DNA of 64,000 nucleotides from a virus (lineage: Duplodnaviria > Heunggongvirae > Uroviricota > Caudoviricetes). A model generated the notes under the pieces. That model saw nothing but the letters and a program-made list of their open reading frames with translations, was not told the origin of the DNA and did no database searches. Below are positions 1 to 11,340 of the stretch, in pieces. The translations under genes and the position numbers were made by a program. Position 1 is the stretch's first letter, and every line of letters starts with the position of its first letter. Location: IMG/VR virus record IMGVR_UViG_2681813305_000007. The stretch is one strand, 5' to 3'.

Positions 1-240
1 GAGCGGTTCTTTCTGAATTTGAAAATGGAGCGTGTCTGGCAGACTCGGTATGCCAACCATACAGAAGCCAAACAAGACATCACCGACTACATCGTTAACT
101 TTTATAACAGTACCCGATTGCATTCAAAACTTGGCTACCGATCACCCGCACAGTACGAAACGCTGGCCAGCCCTGCCGCCCAGTTGCCCGCCTGTGCATA
201 ACCCTACCATCTGATCGGCGTGTCCAAAAAAACTTGACCA
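1..240 (+). mobile_element. IS3-family insertion sequence, right-hand end only (transposase OrfB C-terminal fragment at 19..201; element continues left of the window)
   Basis: The 60-aa ORF reads ...DYIVNFYNSTRLHSKLGYRSPAQYE..., the characteristic C-terminal tail of IS3/IS150-type OrfB transposases. A CGTGTCCA-like terminal-repeat motif lies at 218-226. The adjacent minus-strand phage gene (start 432) loses phage-like sequence at about 205-246, so the IS terminus is near 225-245. Confidence 0.6.
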
Positions 241-432
241 CAACATGCCGCTCTTACCGGCGTGAAGGCTGTGCATCACTTCCCCGTCGGCGCCTACGGT
301 CATGGTGTTTTTTGCCTCTGCCATGACTACGGTGATCCCCTCTTCGGAGTTCGCCGAGCCGTAACCCAGATCGATACTGCCGGTCGGGCCCGTCAGGGAT
401 GCAGAGACGTCAATAAAAGAGTAAGTAGACAT
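241..432 (-). pseudogene. Phage tail-tube-like gene (DUF3277-like from memory), 3' end truncated by the IS insertion
   Basis: The ORF starting at 432 (MSTYSFIDVSASLTGPTGSIDLGYGSANSEEGITVVMAEAKNTMTVGADGEVMHSLHAGKSG...) follows the sheath-like gene in the same operon. The track ORF 142..432 only stays open because it reads into IS sequence. Confidence 0.45.
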
Positions 433-442
433 TTAGTTCCCC

Positions 443-1588
443 TTAACGGACCACGTTGATCTGCACGTCGCCATAATGAATAGCGCCAGCCAGCTTGATC
501 GCCGCCTGAATTACCGGCGACTTACGCGCTTCCCTGTCGGATTGAGCCTGGTTAGCTACCGCGTCGGCGTAGACGTAGTAACCCTTGGTCAGGGTATCCC
601 CGGATTCAATCTGGCCAATCGGGCCACCGTTCCAGACACCCGGAGCAATGAGGCCGTTATTTACCGCCTGATCCAGTGAGGCTTCGACGTTGGTCATTAA
701 CCGGGTTACGCCTGCGTCGGTCTGCGGGATTTTGGTGGCCGAGGTGTAAAGCAGGTTATAGAGATTGGTCTGAACGTAGTTCTGCAGCCAGTCCAGGCCA
801 TGCCGCTCATCAAAGAAATCACCGTTCGCCATCACACCCTGCTGGATAATCGCTGTATCGTTGGCGTAGTAGACGTAGACGTTACCGTTAATAGCATCAA
901 TAGCGGACGCCTGTGCGGTCGTCAGCGTTTCGTGCGTCACGCCCGGCTCGGTTTTGAACTTCAGGGTGATCGTGGTGTTGTTGCCGGTGAAATTCACCGT
1001 AAACGCACGGCCAAATGCCGAGATAGCGGCGTATTTGCTGCTGGAGCTGTACTGCCAGAACGTACGGCTGTAGCCGGCGGCTTTCAGCTTATAGCCGATG
1101 TTGTCGGTATTCCCCGAGACCAGCACATTCACATCAGCAGTGGTAACGGCCAGAATGCGGCTTAAGCTGGATGCCTCAATAGCAGCAGCAACGGAAATCA
1201 CGTCAGCCTCAACCAGATCGGCGCTGTCGGCAATTGCCAGCCCGTACCAGTTGGTATACTGAAGGCAGGCATTAACGGCCTGTAGCAAGGTTTCCACCGC
1301 CCCGGCCTCTCCTTCCGCCAGCGTCTTCGCCCAACGGCCGATATAGACCAGCGTGGGTTTTGGTGATTGTGAAAAGAAGATGGTCGCTGCTTCGTATTCC
1401 GGGGAGTCAGCGCCAAAATCATCGCCGATATCTTCAATGGCCGAATACTGGCGAATGCGCTCGGTAACCGGAATAACGGTAGAGGTTCCCAGAATGAGGA
1501 GCGCACCGAAGTTTCGCCCCGTTGCCGCTACCGGTGACATGATGACGTCAACGTTAACGACATTGGAAACAGGTAAGCCCTGTGCCAT
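443..1588 (-). CDS. Tail sheath-like virion structural protein (DUF3383-like, from memory; not verified)
   Basis: 381 aa, downstream of the head-tail genes in the late operon. The RBS and start are immediately after the previous stop. The composition is typical of phage sheath-like proteins. Confidence 0.45.
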   Translation of the reverse strand: MAQGLPVSNVVNVDVIMSPVAATGRNFGALLILGTSTVIPVTERIRQYSAIEDIGDDFGADSPEYEAATIFFSQSPKPTLVYIGRWAKTLAEGEAGAVETLLQAVNACLQYTNWYGLAIADSADLVEADVISVAAAIEASSLSRILAVTTADVNVLVSGNTDNIGYKLKAAGYSRTFWQYSSSSKYAAISAFGRAFTVNFTGNNTTITLKFKTEPGVTHETLTTAQASAIDAINGNVYVYYANDTAIIQQGVMANGDFFDERHGLDWLQNYVQTNLYNLLYTSATKIPQTDAGVTRLMTNVEASLDQAVNNGLIAPGVWNGGPIGQIESGDTLTKGYYVYADAVANQAQSDREARKSPVIQAAIKLAGAIHYGDVQINVVR

Positions 1589-1591
1589 GTT

Positions 1592-2215
1592 TTAATCTCC
1601 AAAAAATTGCACTGGCGCGTCGACCAGCGATTGAATGCCGTACTGGCGGATGATTTTGCGGCGCAGGTCAACGCTGATATCGTACCGGCGCACCCACTGG
1701 TTATTGATGAGTTCGGGCAGATTGAGGATCCGCCCATGCTGCAGAAATGTCAGGCCAGAGCGGTTGAGCTCGTCATTGTTCTGCGAGACCAGCAGACCGT
1801 CACGAAAGCGCGTGGCCATTGCCAGCCCCTGCGGGCCATAGAAGCACAAGATCAGGCTCACGGTCTCATGCGACCACTGTTCGGTGTTCTCTTCGCCCTG
1901 CACGTACGCCGGGTTGAAGTCCTCCTGAATGCCGGTGATACCGAACGCGCACCAGGTGGTGCCGTTTTTGGGTATCTGCTTTTGCGGGTCAGTCCAGCGT
2001 GGGTAAACCAGCGTGGCAGCCAGCCCTGTCACACCCCGTATCCAGCGGCTGATTAGCCGTTCCAGATCCTCATCGTAGGGCGGTGAATCACCGACGGGGG
2101 TCAGATATCCCGCCGTTGTGCTGTCGTTACTCAATTGGCGTTCCCCCGTCGAATTCCAGAAGCTCGCAATGCGCCTGAACGAACCCGGCACCGTACGCCG
2201 TATACGGGTCGACAA
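1592..2215 (-). CDS. Phage virion morphogenesis protein (head-tail joining / tail completion), function unassigned
   Basis: 207-aa ORF in the structural operon, tightly packed with its neighbours. Confidence 0.4.
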   Translation of the reverse strand: MSTRIRRTVPGSFRRIASFWNSTGERQLSNDSTTAGYLTPVGDSPPYDEDLERLISRWIRGVTGLAATLVYPRWTDPQKQIPKNGTTWCAFGITGIQEDFNPAYVQGEENTEQWSHETVSLILCFYGPQGLAMATRFRDGLLVSQNNDELNRSGLTFLQHGRILNLPELINNQWVRRYDISVDLRRKIIRQYGIQSLVDAPVQFFGD

Positions 2216-2512
2216 ACGTCACACGATAATCTCGCCCGCGGTAGGTTACGATATCGGCATCTAATCCGGGTTGCCCCTGAGTCAGCCTGAACTGCGTCAC
2301 GATGAGAATGGCCCCGTTGATGTTCTGTCCGGCGGCCATACGCTTCGCTTCCAGTGAACGGTCGACGGTTACGACACCAGAGAACGGAATAGCCTGCACG
2401 GTATTGGTTGGAAAATTATCTTCGTCCACTGTCTGCACCTGTCGATAACACACCAGAGACAGGTCGACAAAGTCCGGATCAAGCAGAACATCCGTCACAT
2501 CGAGAAACGGCA

Positions 2513-2513
<1 letters not shown>
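2127..2513 (-). CDS. Phage structural-module protein (start may lie downstream of 2513)
   Basis: 128-aa ORF abutting the 2513 stop of the upstream gene, in the same orientation. It overlaps the next gene by 89 nt, so the true start is uncertain. Confidence 0.35.
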
Positions 2514-3694
<1,181 letters not shown>

Positions 3695-3724
3695 TCATGA
3701 GCGGCCCTTTCGGGCCGCCGCAGG

Positions 3725-4666
3725 TTAGATGCCGTCGACGTAGGCCAGAGTTTCCGGATAAACCGGCTCTACTGCACCCAGCTTGCCGTAATAGGTTACG
3801 AGCTGATACAGGCCGCGATACTGGATCGGCACGCTCATCAGCGGAACCATCGGGAAGCGAACGTATTTCTTGTCGTTGGTGTAGAACATCATGCGATCAG
3901 AGTTCGACACGCCACGACCTTTCGCCCATTTCACCGGACGGATGTTCAGAGGACGCCCGTTCTGGTGGTATGCGATGGTGTTGGTTTCCAGATAGGTCAG
4001 CAGGGACTGGTTACCAGCGCTGGATACGATGGTGCTTGCCAGCAGAGAGAACTGCTCCGGCGGGATCAGCATGTCCGTCGGTACCATGGAGTAAGCTGAG
4101 TTGGCCCACGCAGCACTCAACCCGGCATTAATGCTCGCCCGGATTTCGTCAGCGGTGGAGGTCGCCCAGGTCTTCGCGGCGTTGGTCGGCGTTACCTGCG
4201 TCAGGTTCAGCAGGCCTTTAACGTTCAGACCGGAATCGCCGATATAAACCTGCTCGTCCGTGTCCATGTTCCACTTCAGCTGCATGCCGTCGTACTTCTG
4301 CGTGTCGATCGGGCGACCAACCTGCGCAGCTGCCTGCAATTCAGGAACGGTCCAGCCAAGCTCCATACCCCACAGTGTGAGCGGGAAGCCAGTTTTTGCG
4401 ATGTCGACGTTAAGTCCAGCCATCGCGGTCGCGGCTTTGCTAAGCCAGTTTTTACCGTTAGCATTCGGCGTACCGGCAGCAGCAAAAGTGGTGTTAGTGA
4501 ACGAGCTGATCTCATCAGCAATAGACACGTCTTCACGCAACTGGATATCGCGCGACCAGGTGAAATTCACCAGCGGCAGATTCAGTGTCTGATCGAGACG
4601 CTCCAGCTCATGGACAAGAAAGGCACCAGTGCCGTCGACTGTCGCCTGGTCAAATGTCATTGGCAT
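3725..4666 (-). CDS. Major capsid protein (DUF2184-like family, from memory)
   Basis: 313 aa, immediately downstream of the decoration-like and scaffold-like genes. Prophage B carries the same gene trio (47891..49276, 47459..47887, 46353..47447). Confidence 0.6.
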   Translation of the reverse strand: MPMTFDQATVDGTGAFLVHELERLDQTLNLPLVNFTWSRDIQLREDVSIADEISSFTNTTFAAAGTPNANGKNWLSKAATAMAGLNVDIAKTGFPLTLWGMELGWTVPELQAAAQVGRPIDTQKYDGMQLKWNMDTDEQVYIGDSGLNVKGLLNLTQVTPTNAAKTWATSTADEIRASINAGLSAAWANSAYSMVPTDMLIPPEQFSLLASTIVSSAGNQSLLTYLETNTIAYHQNGRPLNIRPVKWAKGRGVSNSDRMMFYTNDKKYVRFPMVPLMSVPIQYRGLYQLVTYYGKLGAVEPVYPETLAYVDGI

Positions 4667-4677
4667 TTGCGATTTCC

Positions 4678-5172
4678 TTAAATATTGAAGGCCAGCTCAA
4701 TGTTGCCGCTGGTGTCGCCAGGGCCATTGAAGTAAGCGTTAGTGATCTGGACGGTATTCGAGCCATCAGCGGCGGCAAGGAACGCGCCGAGAGGGCTTGA
4801 GGCGGATGGTGTGGCCACTCGCATGTAGACCGGGCCATGCAGAGCAACGCTGGATGCATCCGCGCCGATGTTTACCGTGACGTAACCACGTACCAGGCAA
4901 TCGCCGGTGAAGTTTTTACCGCTGCCTACCTGCTGGACTTTATCCGGCTGGCTGGCGGTCGGATACGGACGAACATAAATGCCCACCAGCACCGACGCTG
5001 TATCGCTCGCAGCGATTGGCACAAATTTCCCGGAGGAAATCTTGCCGCCAAGGCCGTAAGCGGGGAAAAGGTTGGAGGAGTCCAGCAGTTGAGGTTCAAC
5101 CGTCAGATCCTGCGGACGAGAAATTGCCCCGGCGATGCCCGCTGGCATCCGGTAAAGAAATGTATTACCCAT
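4678..5172 (-). CDS. Head decoration / cement-like protein (DUF2190-like)
   Basis: 164 aa between the scaffold-like and capsid genes; its counterpart in prophage B is the 142-aa ORF 47459..47887. Confidence 0.45.
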   Translation of the reverse strand: MGNTFLYRMPAGIAGAISRPQDLTVEPQLLDSSNLFPAYGLGGKISSGKFVPIAASDTASVLVGIYVRPYPTASQPDKVQQVGSGKNFTGDCLVRGYVTVNIGADASSVALHGPVYMRVATPSASSPLGAFLAAADGSNTVQITNAYFNGPGDTSGNIELAFNI

Positions 5173-5175
5173 TAG

Positions 5176-6378
5176 TTAGCCTCGTTTAGACCAGAATTCC
5201 TGCGCGGCCTGATTCATACCGGCAATGGTTTTAACAGTGGTGGCAGTCTGCGTTTGCAGGCTGTCGACGGTTTTGGTATTGCGGTTTTTCGCCAGCTCAG
5301 AAACAGCCGTGAAAGCCATATCTACCGTGGCTTTTTTCAGCTTGCTGATATCGGCATCACCGACAATAGAGCGAACCAGAGATTGATCGGCAGAGGCAAG
5401 CACCTGGCGCTTGAATGCTGTCGGCTTCGCCTTTTCTGGCAACTGGATGCCTGGCTGAATCAGATCGGCACGATAAGCGGCATCGCCGGTAACCTTACCC
5501 TCCTCTTCCTTTTTCTCCTCTTCATCCTCGGCATCGCCGGTACCAGGAGCAGCTGCCGCAGGCGTGAGTTTGGCCACCGCCTCAATCAGCGCCTTACCCC
5601 ATGCAGGAATTTCTTCCTCACCATCGCCAGTACCAGGCAATGCCGGGCCGGGAAGCGGATTTTGCGGTGCAAGGTTGATGACCACTCCGCCGGGTGTCAT
5701 AGAGGTCGATACATCGTTATCGCCCGTGACATCATCAGGCGGGTTATCAATGAGACTTGCCATTTCGGCAGCGTCCCCGGTTTTACGGGCCTTCAGGAGC
5801 CGGGTAAACCAGTTTTTAGTAGTGCTTGGCATAGAATCCCCTATTGCACAACGGAAACCGGCCCGCCCGTTAGGGACAAGGGCCAGATGGTTAGCGGTAA
5901 TCGCAGATTGCTTTGCGAGACCAGGTGAAATCTGTTCGTAATCGGCGTCGTACCCGCAGCTGACCTCGTCATCACCATCATCAATGGCCTGCAGGGCTTC
6001 CGGGGTTTTGACGATGACATCAGCCAGCAGCAGATCGATTTTATCGTCCGTGCCACGTCGTACGTTCTGGATGTGCCCGTGAGCCAGCTGGCGCCAGTTA
6101 TCAGGGGTAACAAAGATGATCTGCCCGTCAAAATCTCGCGGATGGCCGATAGTGACTGCCATTCCTTCGAATGACGCCATGGCTCGCTCGCTGAACACCT
6201 CTTCTGGCATCCGGCGTACGATGACCTTCCCTCTGTCGTTTGGGACAAGCTCAGGCCGCTCTGTGGCGTCGTACTCCTGCTCACCAGTCCTTGCGATCGG
6301 GACGTCCTTAAACAGGACAGACCCATCAGCAAGTTGAAAGCGGGTATTACCCAGGCGGGTTTTAAAGAAATATTTCAT
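5176..6378 (-). CDS. Prohead scaffold/protease-like protein (DUF2213-like)
   Basis: 400 aa with a conserved N-terminal domain (…[14 protein letters not shown]…) followed by an acidic, low-complexity Pro/Gly/Glu-rich C-terminus typical of scaffolds. It is the same family as 47891..49276. Confidence 0.5.
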   Translation of the reverse strand: MKYFFKTRLGNTRFQLADGSVLFKDVPIARTGEQEYDATERPELVPNDRGKVIVRRMPEEVFSERAMASFEGMAVTIGHPRDFDGQIIFVTPDNWRQLAHGHIQNVRRGTDDKIDLLLADVIVKTPEALQAIDDGDDEVSCGYDADYEQISPGLAKQSAITANHLALVPNGRAGFRCAIGDSMPSTTKNWFTRLLKARKTGDAAEMASLIDNPPDDVTGDNDVSTSMTPGGVVINLAPQNPLPGPALPGTGDGEEEIPAWGKALIEAVAKLTPAAAAPGTGDAEDEEEKKEEEGKVTGDAAYRADLIQPGIQLPEKAKPTAFKRQVLASADQSLVRSIVGDADISKLKKATVDMAFTAVSELAKNRNTKTVDSLQTQTATTVKTIAGMNQAAQEFWSKRG

Positions 6379-6429
6379 GGGTTACCTGCTGAATTGCGGG
6401 CATTGAAAAGGCCGCTCATTGGCGGCCTG

Positions 6430-7212
6430 TTATTTTACAGGGTCAGGTATTTGCACTTCCGACCAACACTTGCAGTTAGGCAGGCACCCGGCGTGTCCAG
6501 TCATGCCATCGAGCGTTGGCGGGCTATCCCAGCGCACAAACTTATCTTTCATTTTTCGGTGTGAGGGCCTGGTGCCTGCACCTTCAATGCGCCACCAGTA
6601 TCCCTCTGATCCAACTGCCAGAGCCCGTGCCTGGGTCAGTGCGCCAGTTGCGCGCCCTATCTCTGTGCGGGCTATCATCCGCGCCCTGCTGGCCGCCACG
6701 TCACCGGATTGCATGATCATCTCGTAAAGCTGATCGGGGCGCTCACCATGGATGACAGCCTGTATCGCACGCTCCTGAATTTCCCTGACACGTCCGGCCG
6801 CCTCTAATGGCAGAGACTTCATGTAGCGAATCTGTCGGTAAACGATGTCTTGCGCCACCATGCCGACAGGAGTGTTACCAATCACGTCACGCAGACCAGC
6901 GGATATTTCTTCCGAAACAGAGCGCCACTGATTCCACTCTTCACGCTCCACCTGGGCAAACATCTTTCGACCGACCATTTCGGCCCAGTCGTCGATCACC
7001 CCGGAGTAGTCAACAAGCGATTTAGCAATGCTCTCAGCGCTTGCCTGTGAACCATCGTAGGAACCCGTGACGATTTGATTTATCTGGTCGACTATCGCCA
7101 GTAGGCTTTTCTGATACTGGACCTCCGATCGGCGGCGGAGGGCTGGTTTCAGATTCAGTCTCCTGCCACTGTTTCGCCGCATTCTGGATATCCTCATCGC
7201 TAATTGAAGCAC
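6430..7212 (-). CDS. Minor head protein (phage Mu F / SPP1 gp7-like head morphogenesis)
   Basis: It lies downstream of the portal. The track ORF start overlaps the portal's 3' end by 179 nt, so the real start is probably internal, near 7034 or below. Confidence 0.55.
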   Translation of the reverse strand: MLQLAMRISRMRRNSGRRLNLKPALRRRSEVQYQKSLLAIVDQINQIVTGSYDGSQASAESIAKSLVDYSGVIDDWAEMVGRKMFAQVEREEWNQWRSVSEEISAGLRDVIGNTPVGMVAQDIVYRQIRYMKSLPLEAAGRVREIQERAIQAVIHGERPDQLYEMIMQSGDVAASRARMIARTEIGRATGALTQARALAVGSEGYWWRIEGAGTRPSHRKMKDKFVRWDSPPTLDGMTGHAGCLPNCKCWSEVQIPDPVK

Positions 7213-8485
7213 CGATGCCGGTAACGTCAGACAGCTCGCGCAAATCAGTCAGAGCAGCAGCCGGCGACATGCCCAAATCACGCACCGCGGTTGCAAGAGC
7301 GGTAGTTGTGTTGGTTGCCACCGTGGAGCGATCGGTGTCGCTCATCTGCCACAGGGGGTTAAACTCAAAGGTGAAATCTTGCGGCAACGGCTCGCCAAAC
7401 TCTGAGCGATGCAGTACATCGAATAACAGGCGGATGTGAGGCCGTAAATCTCGCTCCTGAAGCGCTCCCACGTCGTCGTAGTAGTTCGCGAGGTCAGCGT
7501 CACCGGTTGAAAAACCCTTCGGTGACTGGCGGAACAGACGGACAAGAGGAATGCCAACAGCACCCGCGATATCCTCTTTAAACTCGCTAAGCAGGTCAGA
7601 CAGCCCTGCGAAAGAATAGGAATGTGTTTCAAATTCGTCCTCCGAATCAAACAGGGACATACCCTCGTTCGTCTGGTACTGGCGGACCATCTCCATATTC
7701 TTGATAAGCGCCTCAAACGCTTTACCGCCTGTGGCGATAATTTCACGCAGCTTTTTAATCTTTGCCGTTCGCAGATGTGCCTTGTAGGCAAGCTGGGCGG
7801 CGCCGACGCTGGTGCTATCGTAGGAAGTCAGGCGATCGAAGATGCGCTCGACAATGGACATCCCCCATTCGTTTTCGGTGATTTTCTGCTGATACGGCAG
7901 TTTCACACCATCCATGCGGATCAGGCGGCTGTGGTGAACAGTCCACGCAGGCAGCCCCTGCGCCGTTGTCACGATGTCATAGAATTCAGGCTTGCCGAGG
8001 TTAGGACCAAGTGCCTTAATGCGCCTGGTGAGCTGTGGGTTAATCATCCAGCGGTCAAGTACAGCCAGACCTTTAAAGCTGCCCTTGCCAACCTTATCCA
8101 GCACCAGCGGCGTCAGCGGTGCCTGACCTTCAATCAGAATCAGTGCCACCGCCCCGCCATACAGCCGGGACCATTTCAGCGTCTCGTTGATGCAATCCCA
8201 AAGCTGAAGCTCATCGAACCGTGATTCCAGAATGCCACGACGTTTCGGGTCAATCTCACTGGTGATCCGCACGCCCTTTTTGGTCATATCGTCCGCTTTC
8301 GAATCGACTGCGGCGCCAATAATCCAGGAGGAACGATAAGCCCACTCGATGAGCAGGCGGTTGCGGCTGGTATAGTTCGCCCTGTAGGTCGATGCGGCAT
8401 GCTGATTAGGCTGCTGCATACCGACACGGGCAACAAAGTTATCGTACGAATCCGCCGTGGCGACTCGTCCTGTTTTCTTCGCCAT
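7034..8485 (-). CDS. Portal protein
   Basis: 483 aa, immediately after TerL in the packaging module. Its size and acidic C-terminal tail are typical of portals. Confidence 0.75.
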   Translation of the reverse strand: MAKKTGRVATADSYDNFVARVGMQQPNQHAASTYRANYTSRNRLLIEWAYRSSWIIGAAVDSKADDMTKKGVRITSEIDPKRRGILESRFDELQLWDCINETLKWSRLYGGAVALILIEGQAPLTPLVLDKVGKGSFKGLAVLDRWMINPQLTRRIKALGPNLGKPEFYDIVTTAQGLPAWTVHHSRLIRMDGVKLPYQQKITENEWGMSIVERIFDRLTSYDSTSVGAAQLAYKAHLRTAKIKKLREIIATGGKAFEALIKNMEMVRQYQTNEGMSLFDSEDEFETHSYSFAGLSDLLSEFKEDIAGAVGIPLVRLFRQSPKGFSTGDADLANYYDDVGALQERDLRPHIRLLFDVLHRSEFGEPLPQDFTFEFNPLWQMSDTDRSTVATNTTTALATAVRDLGMSPAAALTDLRELSDVTGIGASISDEDIQNAAKQWQETESETSPPPPIGGPVSEKPTGDSRPDKSNRHGFLRWFTGKR

Positions 8486-8722
8486 GGTGACTATTCTCCG
8501 GCTTTTTTGGTACTCGTGGCGGATAGGATAATTTGTTAAAAAACGACCCGATTTAACATAATGACTGTTACCCGCACCAGCCGGATCCCTCCCATGATGA
8601 AATGTCCGCCAAAGGCTTATTTATCGGGGTTAAGTGGCTAAAAGCGCGTGAATAAAACATGCATAAACAGGGTCGAAAAATGAATAGCGTGAATTTTGCG
8701 TGAAACGGTTATTTCCAGGTAT

Positions 8723-10123
8723 TTAGCTGTTTCCCAGCGCTTCCCAGATATCCATTGCCGTATCGGTTGGAGCAAACGCCATGATGAACGCGTCGGCCAC
8801 GTTCGGCGATGGTACGTCACGCTTGGCGAGGTCTTTCTTGCTTTCCACCATCACGCGACCGTTTTTGTCAAAATCACGGTGCGGGGTGGTAAGTTCCAGC
8901 TTGAGCTTTTCCAGCAGCGGGCAGGATGAGTCAATGCTAATCAGCTCATCTACCGGGTACTGCTCGCCGTTCTTTACCGCGTTGAAGGTGTTACGGAAGC
9001 GATCCGCTACCAGCCACCAGGCTTGCGCTTTGAGGTTGGCGAAAAAATCCTTGTTCGGGATCCCACTATATTCGTAGTCCGGCTCATTCACACCAGCGCC
9101 TGCATTGAATCGCTGATAATTGATGCGGGATGCATTCATGTTTTCGCGCTTACGATCCTCATTAATTTCTGAGAATTTCGCGCCAGCAGATGCCCCAACG
9201 CCGATTGAGTCGTAGACGATATCAGCATCGCGCTCCAGTGCTGCCTGATACGTACGCTGGCAGCTCTTCAGCAATTCGTCTTCTTTCGCCTTCCACTCAT
9301 CCGCCCAATACACGACGGAGCCGTGACGATAGACGTTAGCGCACTTATCGGCGCCGCTATCGGCGACGTCGAAGCCAATACGCTTACGCCCGCTTGGCTC
9401 GAAATTCAGGATTTTGTGGGCATCAACAGCCGCCTCAATCCATGACAGCTTGATAATGGCCGCATCATCATCCGACTCTGGCACGCCTTCGTAGACGTGC
9501 TTAAACCCATCCGGATCCCGGCGCTTAGCGGCTTCGATAACCTTCAGCATCGTGTCGGACAAAAAGGGGTTTTCATCGTAGTTGATTTTGCGTATCAGCG
9601 TATCTTCTGGCGGATCGACCACAAAGTTACGCCAAACGAAATCAGTCACCAGTCCGGGGTTAAAGATAAACCAGCACTCTGAGCCCTCTTTACGGATGGT
9701 AGGCTCCAGTATCTTCCACTGGTACTCCGTCAGCGCGTGGGCCTCTTCAAGCCACAGAACGCTGATACCTTCCAGAGACTTAATCTCTTCAATGTTGCGC
9801 CAGAGCCCATAAAACACGAATTCAGACCCGGTCACCCGGTTAATGATTTTGTTGTTCAGAATGCGGAAACGATGCCGCAGGCCAAAGCGGTCAATCTGAA
9901 TTTTGAGCAGGGTATACACCGACTCTTCAATTTTGTTCTGGATCTGACGCGCACAACAAAAGCGCAGGCTGTATTTATTTGACAGGAATATGGCGATGCC
10001 AGCAGCATCCCATGACTTTGACGATGACCGGCCACCATAAAGCACTTTGTTACGCGCCTGCGTCGTCCAGAAGCTACGCAGGACCGGATTCAGCGTCGGT
10101 TTGGATGTCAGAGTAGAAGTCAT
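8723..10123 (-). CDS. terL: Terminase large subunit (PBSX-type)
   Basis: ATPase and nuclease regions are recognisable (…VLYGGRSSSKSWD… Walker A-like; C-terminal nuclease). The start was moved to the ATG at 10123 (MTSTLTSKPTLNPVLRSFW), which overlaps the TerS 3' end. Confidence 0.85.
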   Translation of the reverse strand: MTSTLTSKPTLNPVLRSFWTTQARNKVLYGGRSSSKSWDAAGIAIFLSNKYSLRFCCARQIQNKIEESVYTLLKIQIDRFGLRHRFRILNNKIINRVTGSEFVFYGLWRNIEEIKSLEGISVLWLEEAHALTEYQWKILEPTIRKEGSECWFIFNPGLVTDFVWRNFVVDPPEDTLIRKINYDENPFLSDTMLKVIEAAKRRDPDGFKHVYEGVPESDDDAAIIKLSWIEAAVDAHKILNFEPSGRKRIGFDVADSGADKCANVYRHGSVVYWADEWKAKEDELLKSCQRTYQAALERDADIVYDSIGVGASAGAKFSEINEDRKRENMNASRINYQRFNAGAGVNEPDYEYSGIPNKDFFANLKAQAWWLVADRFRNTFNAVKNGEQYPVDELISIDSSCPLLEKLKLELTTPHRDFDKNGRVMVESKKDLAKRDVPSPNVADAFIMAFAPTDTAMDIWEALGNS

Positions 10124-10826
10124 TGAGGTCACGCTCTCCGTTGCCATCATCAATACCAGCATCACGGCGAAGACGATCGGCCTCCAGCGACACCTTATCA
10201 GTAGCAGCCTTGCGATAGTCTGTATCAGCAAATATTTTGCCTACCGTCGCAAGCGTGCCGACGATGGACTCAATACGAACGGTATTGCGCATCATCGCCT
10301 TCTCGGCGGCGCTGATATTTTCCATCAGCACCTTTCTTTCCTGGTCCCCTTCAGCATCATCCAGCTTGGTCAACCACCGGCCAATATTCTCTGCGGCGAC
10401 AAGGTTGTTAGCCCGAAGGCGAAATAATTCGTCTTCGAGTGTCAACGCTTTCGCGTCTTCAATGACCTCATCTTTAAGCAGAAGACGGCGGGCATAACCA
10501 CCGTGTTTTAACGCCTGCTGGTTGCCGGGTTGAAATGGGTTAGTCGGCGGATCGGTACGCACCCCGCGTATCGGTTTCGTATCTGGTGGAGGTTCGGCTT
10601 TTGGTTGCGTACGGCCAGAGCTGGCAGGCTTTTCGCTGGTACGCGCCTTACTCTTTTGCGTACCATTTTTGCGTACCTGCGTACTGGCCTTGCGTACCCA
10701 ATCAAACTTTTTAGCCCTCTTCCTGATAGCCCCTTCAGTAACGCCGTATTTATCGCCTATATCACGGAGACTAAGGACTCCGGCCCGGTATGCCGATTCG
10801 ATGGCCTCCCAGTCCGGTGTTGCCAT
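10074..10826 (-). CDS. terS: Terminase small subunit (HTH N-terminus)
   Basis: It starts MATPDWEAIESAYRAGVLSLRDIGDKYGVTEGAIRKRAKK..., which is homologous to the N-terminus of prophage B 53752..54354. It lies directly upstream of TerL. Confidence 0.6.
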   Translation of the reverse strand: MATPDWEAIESAYRAGVLSLRDIGDKYGVTEGAIRKRAKKFDWVRKASTQVRKNGTQKSKARTSEKPASSGRTQPKAEPPPDTKPIRGVRTDPPTNPFQPGNQQALKHGGYARRLLLKDEVIEDAKALTLEDELFRLRANNLVAAENIGRWLTKLDDAEGDQERKVLMENISAAEKAMMRNTVRIESIVGTLATVGKIFADTDYRKAATDKVSLEADRLRRDAGIDDGNGERDLNDFYSDIQTDAESGPA

Positions 10827-10876
10827 AATTTTGTCCTCGCCTTGACATTATCGAGCCACCTCTGGAAGTGGCTCTG

Positions 10877-10903
10877 TAATGCCCATAAAAAAACCCGCCG
10901 CAG
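10877..10903 (-). terminator. Hairpin terminator (AAACCCGCcgcaGCGGGTTT) between the GrlR-like moron and terS, preceded by a second hairpin at 10853..10876
   Basis: A GC-rich perfect stem with flanking A/T runs on both sides, so it may act bidirectionally. Confidence 0.45.
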
Positions 10904-10927
10904 CGGGTTTGGGATAAAGAATACTCT

Positions 10928-11248
10928 CTAAACCAACTCACCAATGAATTTTGCACTTACCCTAAGCCGAGCTTGAGGAATTCCTTTAACGGCCCCTGAT
11001 AAAAGGTAACCCCCCTGCACTTCTACAATGCTCATTTCCATCGTGTAGTCATTTACACCTTGAATGACATTCACCGCCTGAGGATTATGCTGAGAAACAT
11101 GCAAATCTAATGTATCGCCCTGAATATGGCCTTGGTAAGTGAACCCGAAATCACCACCGTTGATGGCATTGTCTTTTACTACTACAGTGCCTTGTCCAAC
11201 ATCATGGTTATTGCTGCTGAAGGTTACGAAGTAAATACCGTTTTTCAT
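10928..11248 (-). CDS. GrlR-like small beta-barrel (lipocalin-fold) regulatory protein, moron in the late operon
   Basis: From the ATG at 11248 it reads MKNGIYFVTFSSNNHDVGQGTVVVKDNAINGGDFGFTYQGHI..., which resembles the GrlR N-terminus (…KDGIYSIIFISNEDSCGEGILIKNGNMITGGDIASVYQGVL…, recalled from memory). There is an AAGGTG RBS. Confidence 0.45.
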   Translation of the reverse strand: MKNGIYFVTFSSNNHDVGQGTVVVKDNAINGGDFGFTYQGHIQGDTLDLHVSQHNPQAVNVIQGVNDYTMEMSIVEVQGGYLLSGAVKGIPQARLRVSAKFIGELV

Positions 11249-11340
11249 GTCACACCTTATGTTGTAGCCAATCGGCAAAGGCATTATAGACACGCTACTT
11301 ACGGGGAGAAAGATGGCATTTTAATAACTGCCGGATATGA

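Noticed and set aside
142-432. 96-aa ORF taken as an intact gene
   Set aside because: Only the first about 62 codons are phage-like; the rest reads into IS3-family sequence, so it is treated as a truncated pseudogene.
5254-5928. 224-aa and 125-aa plus-strand ORFs
   Set aside because: Antisense within the scaffold-like gene 5176-6378; no RBS.
7622-8224. 200-aa plus-strand ORF
   Set aside because: Antisense within the portal gene.
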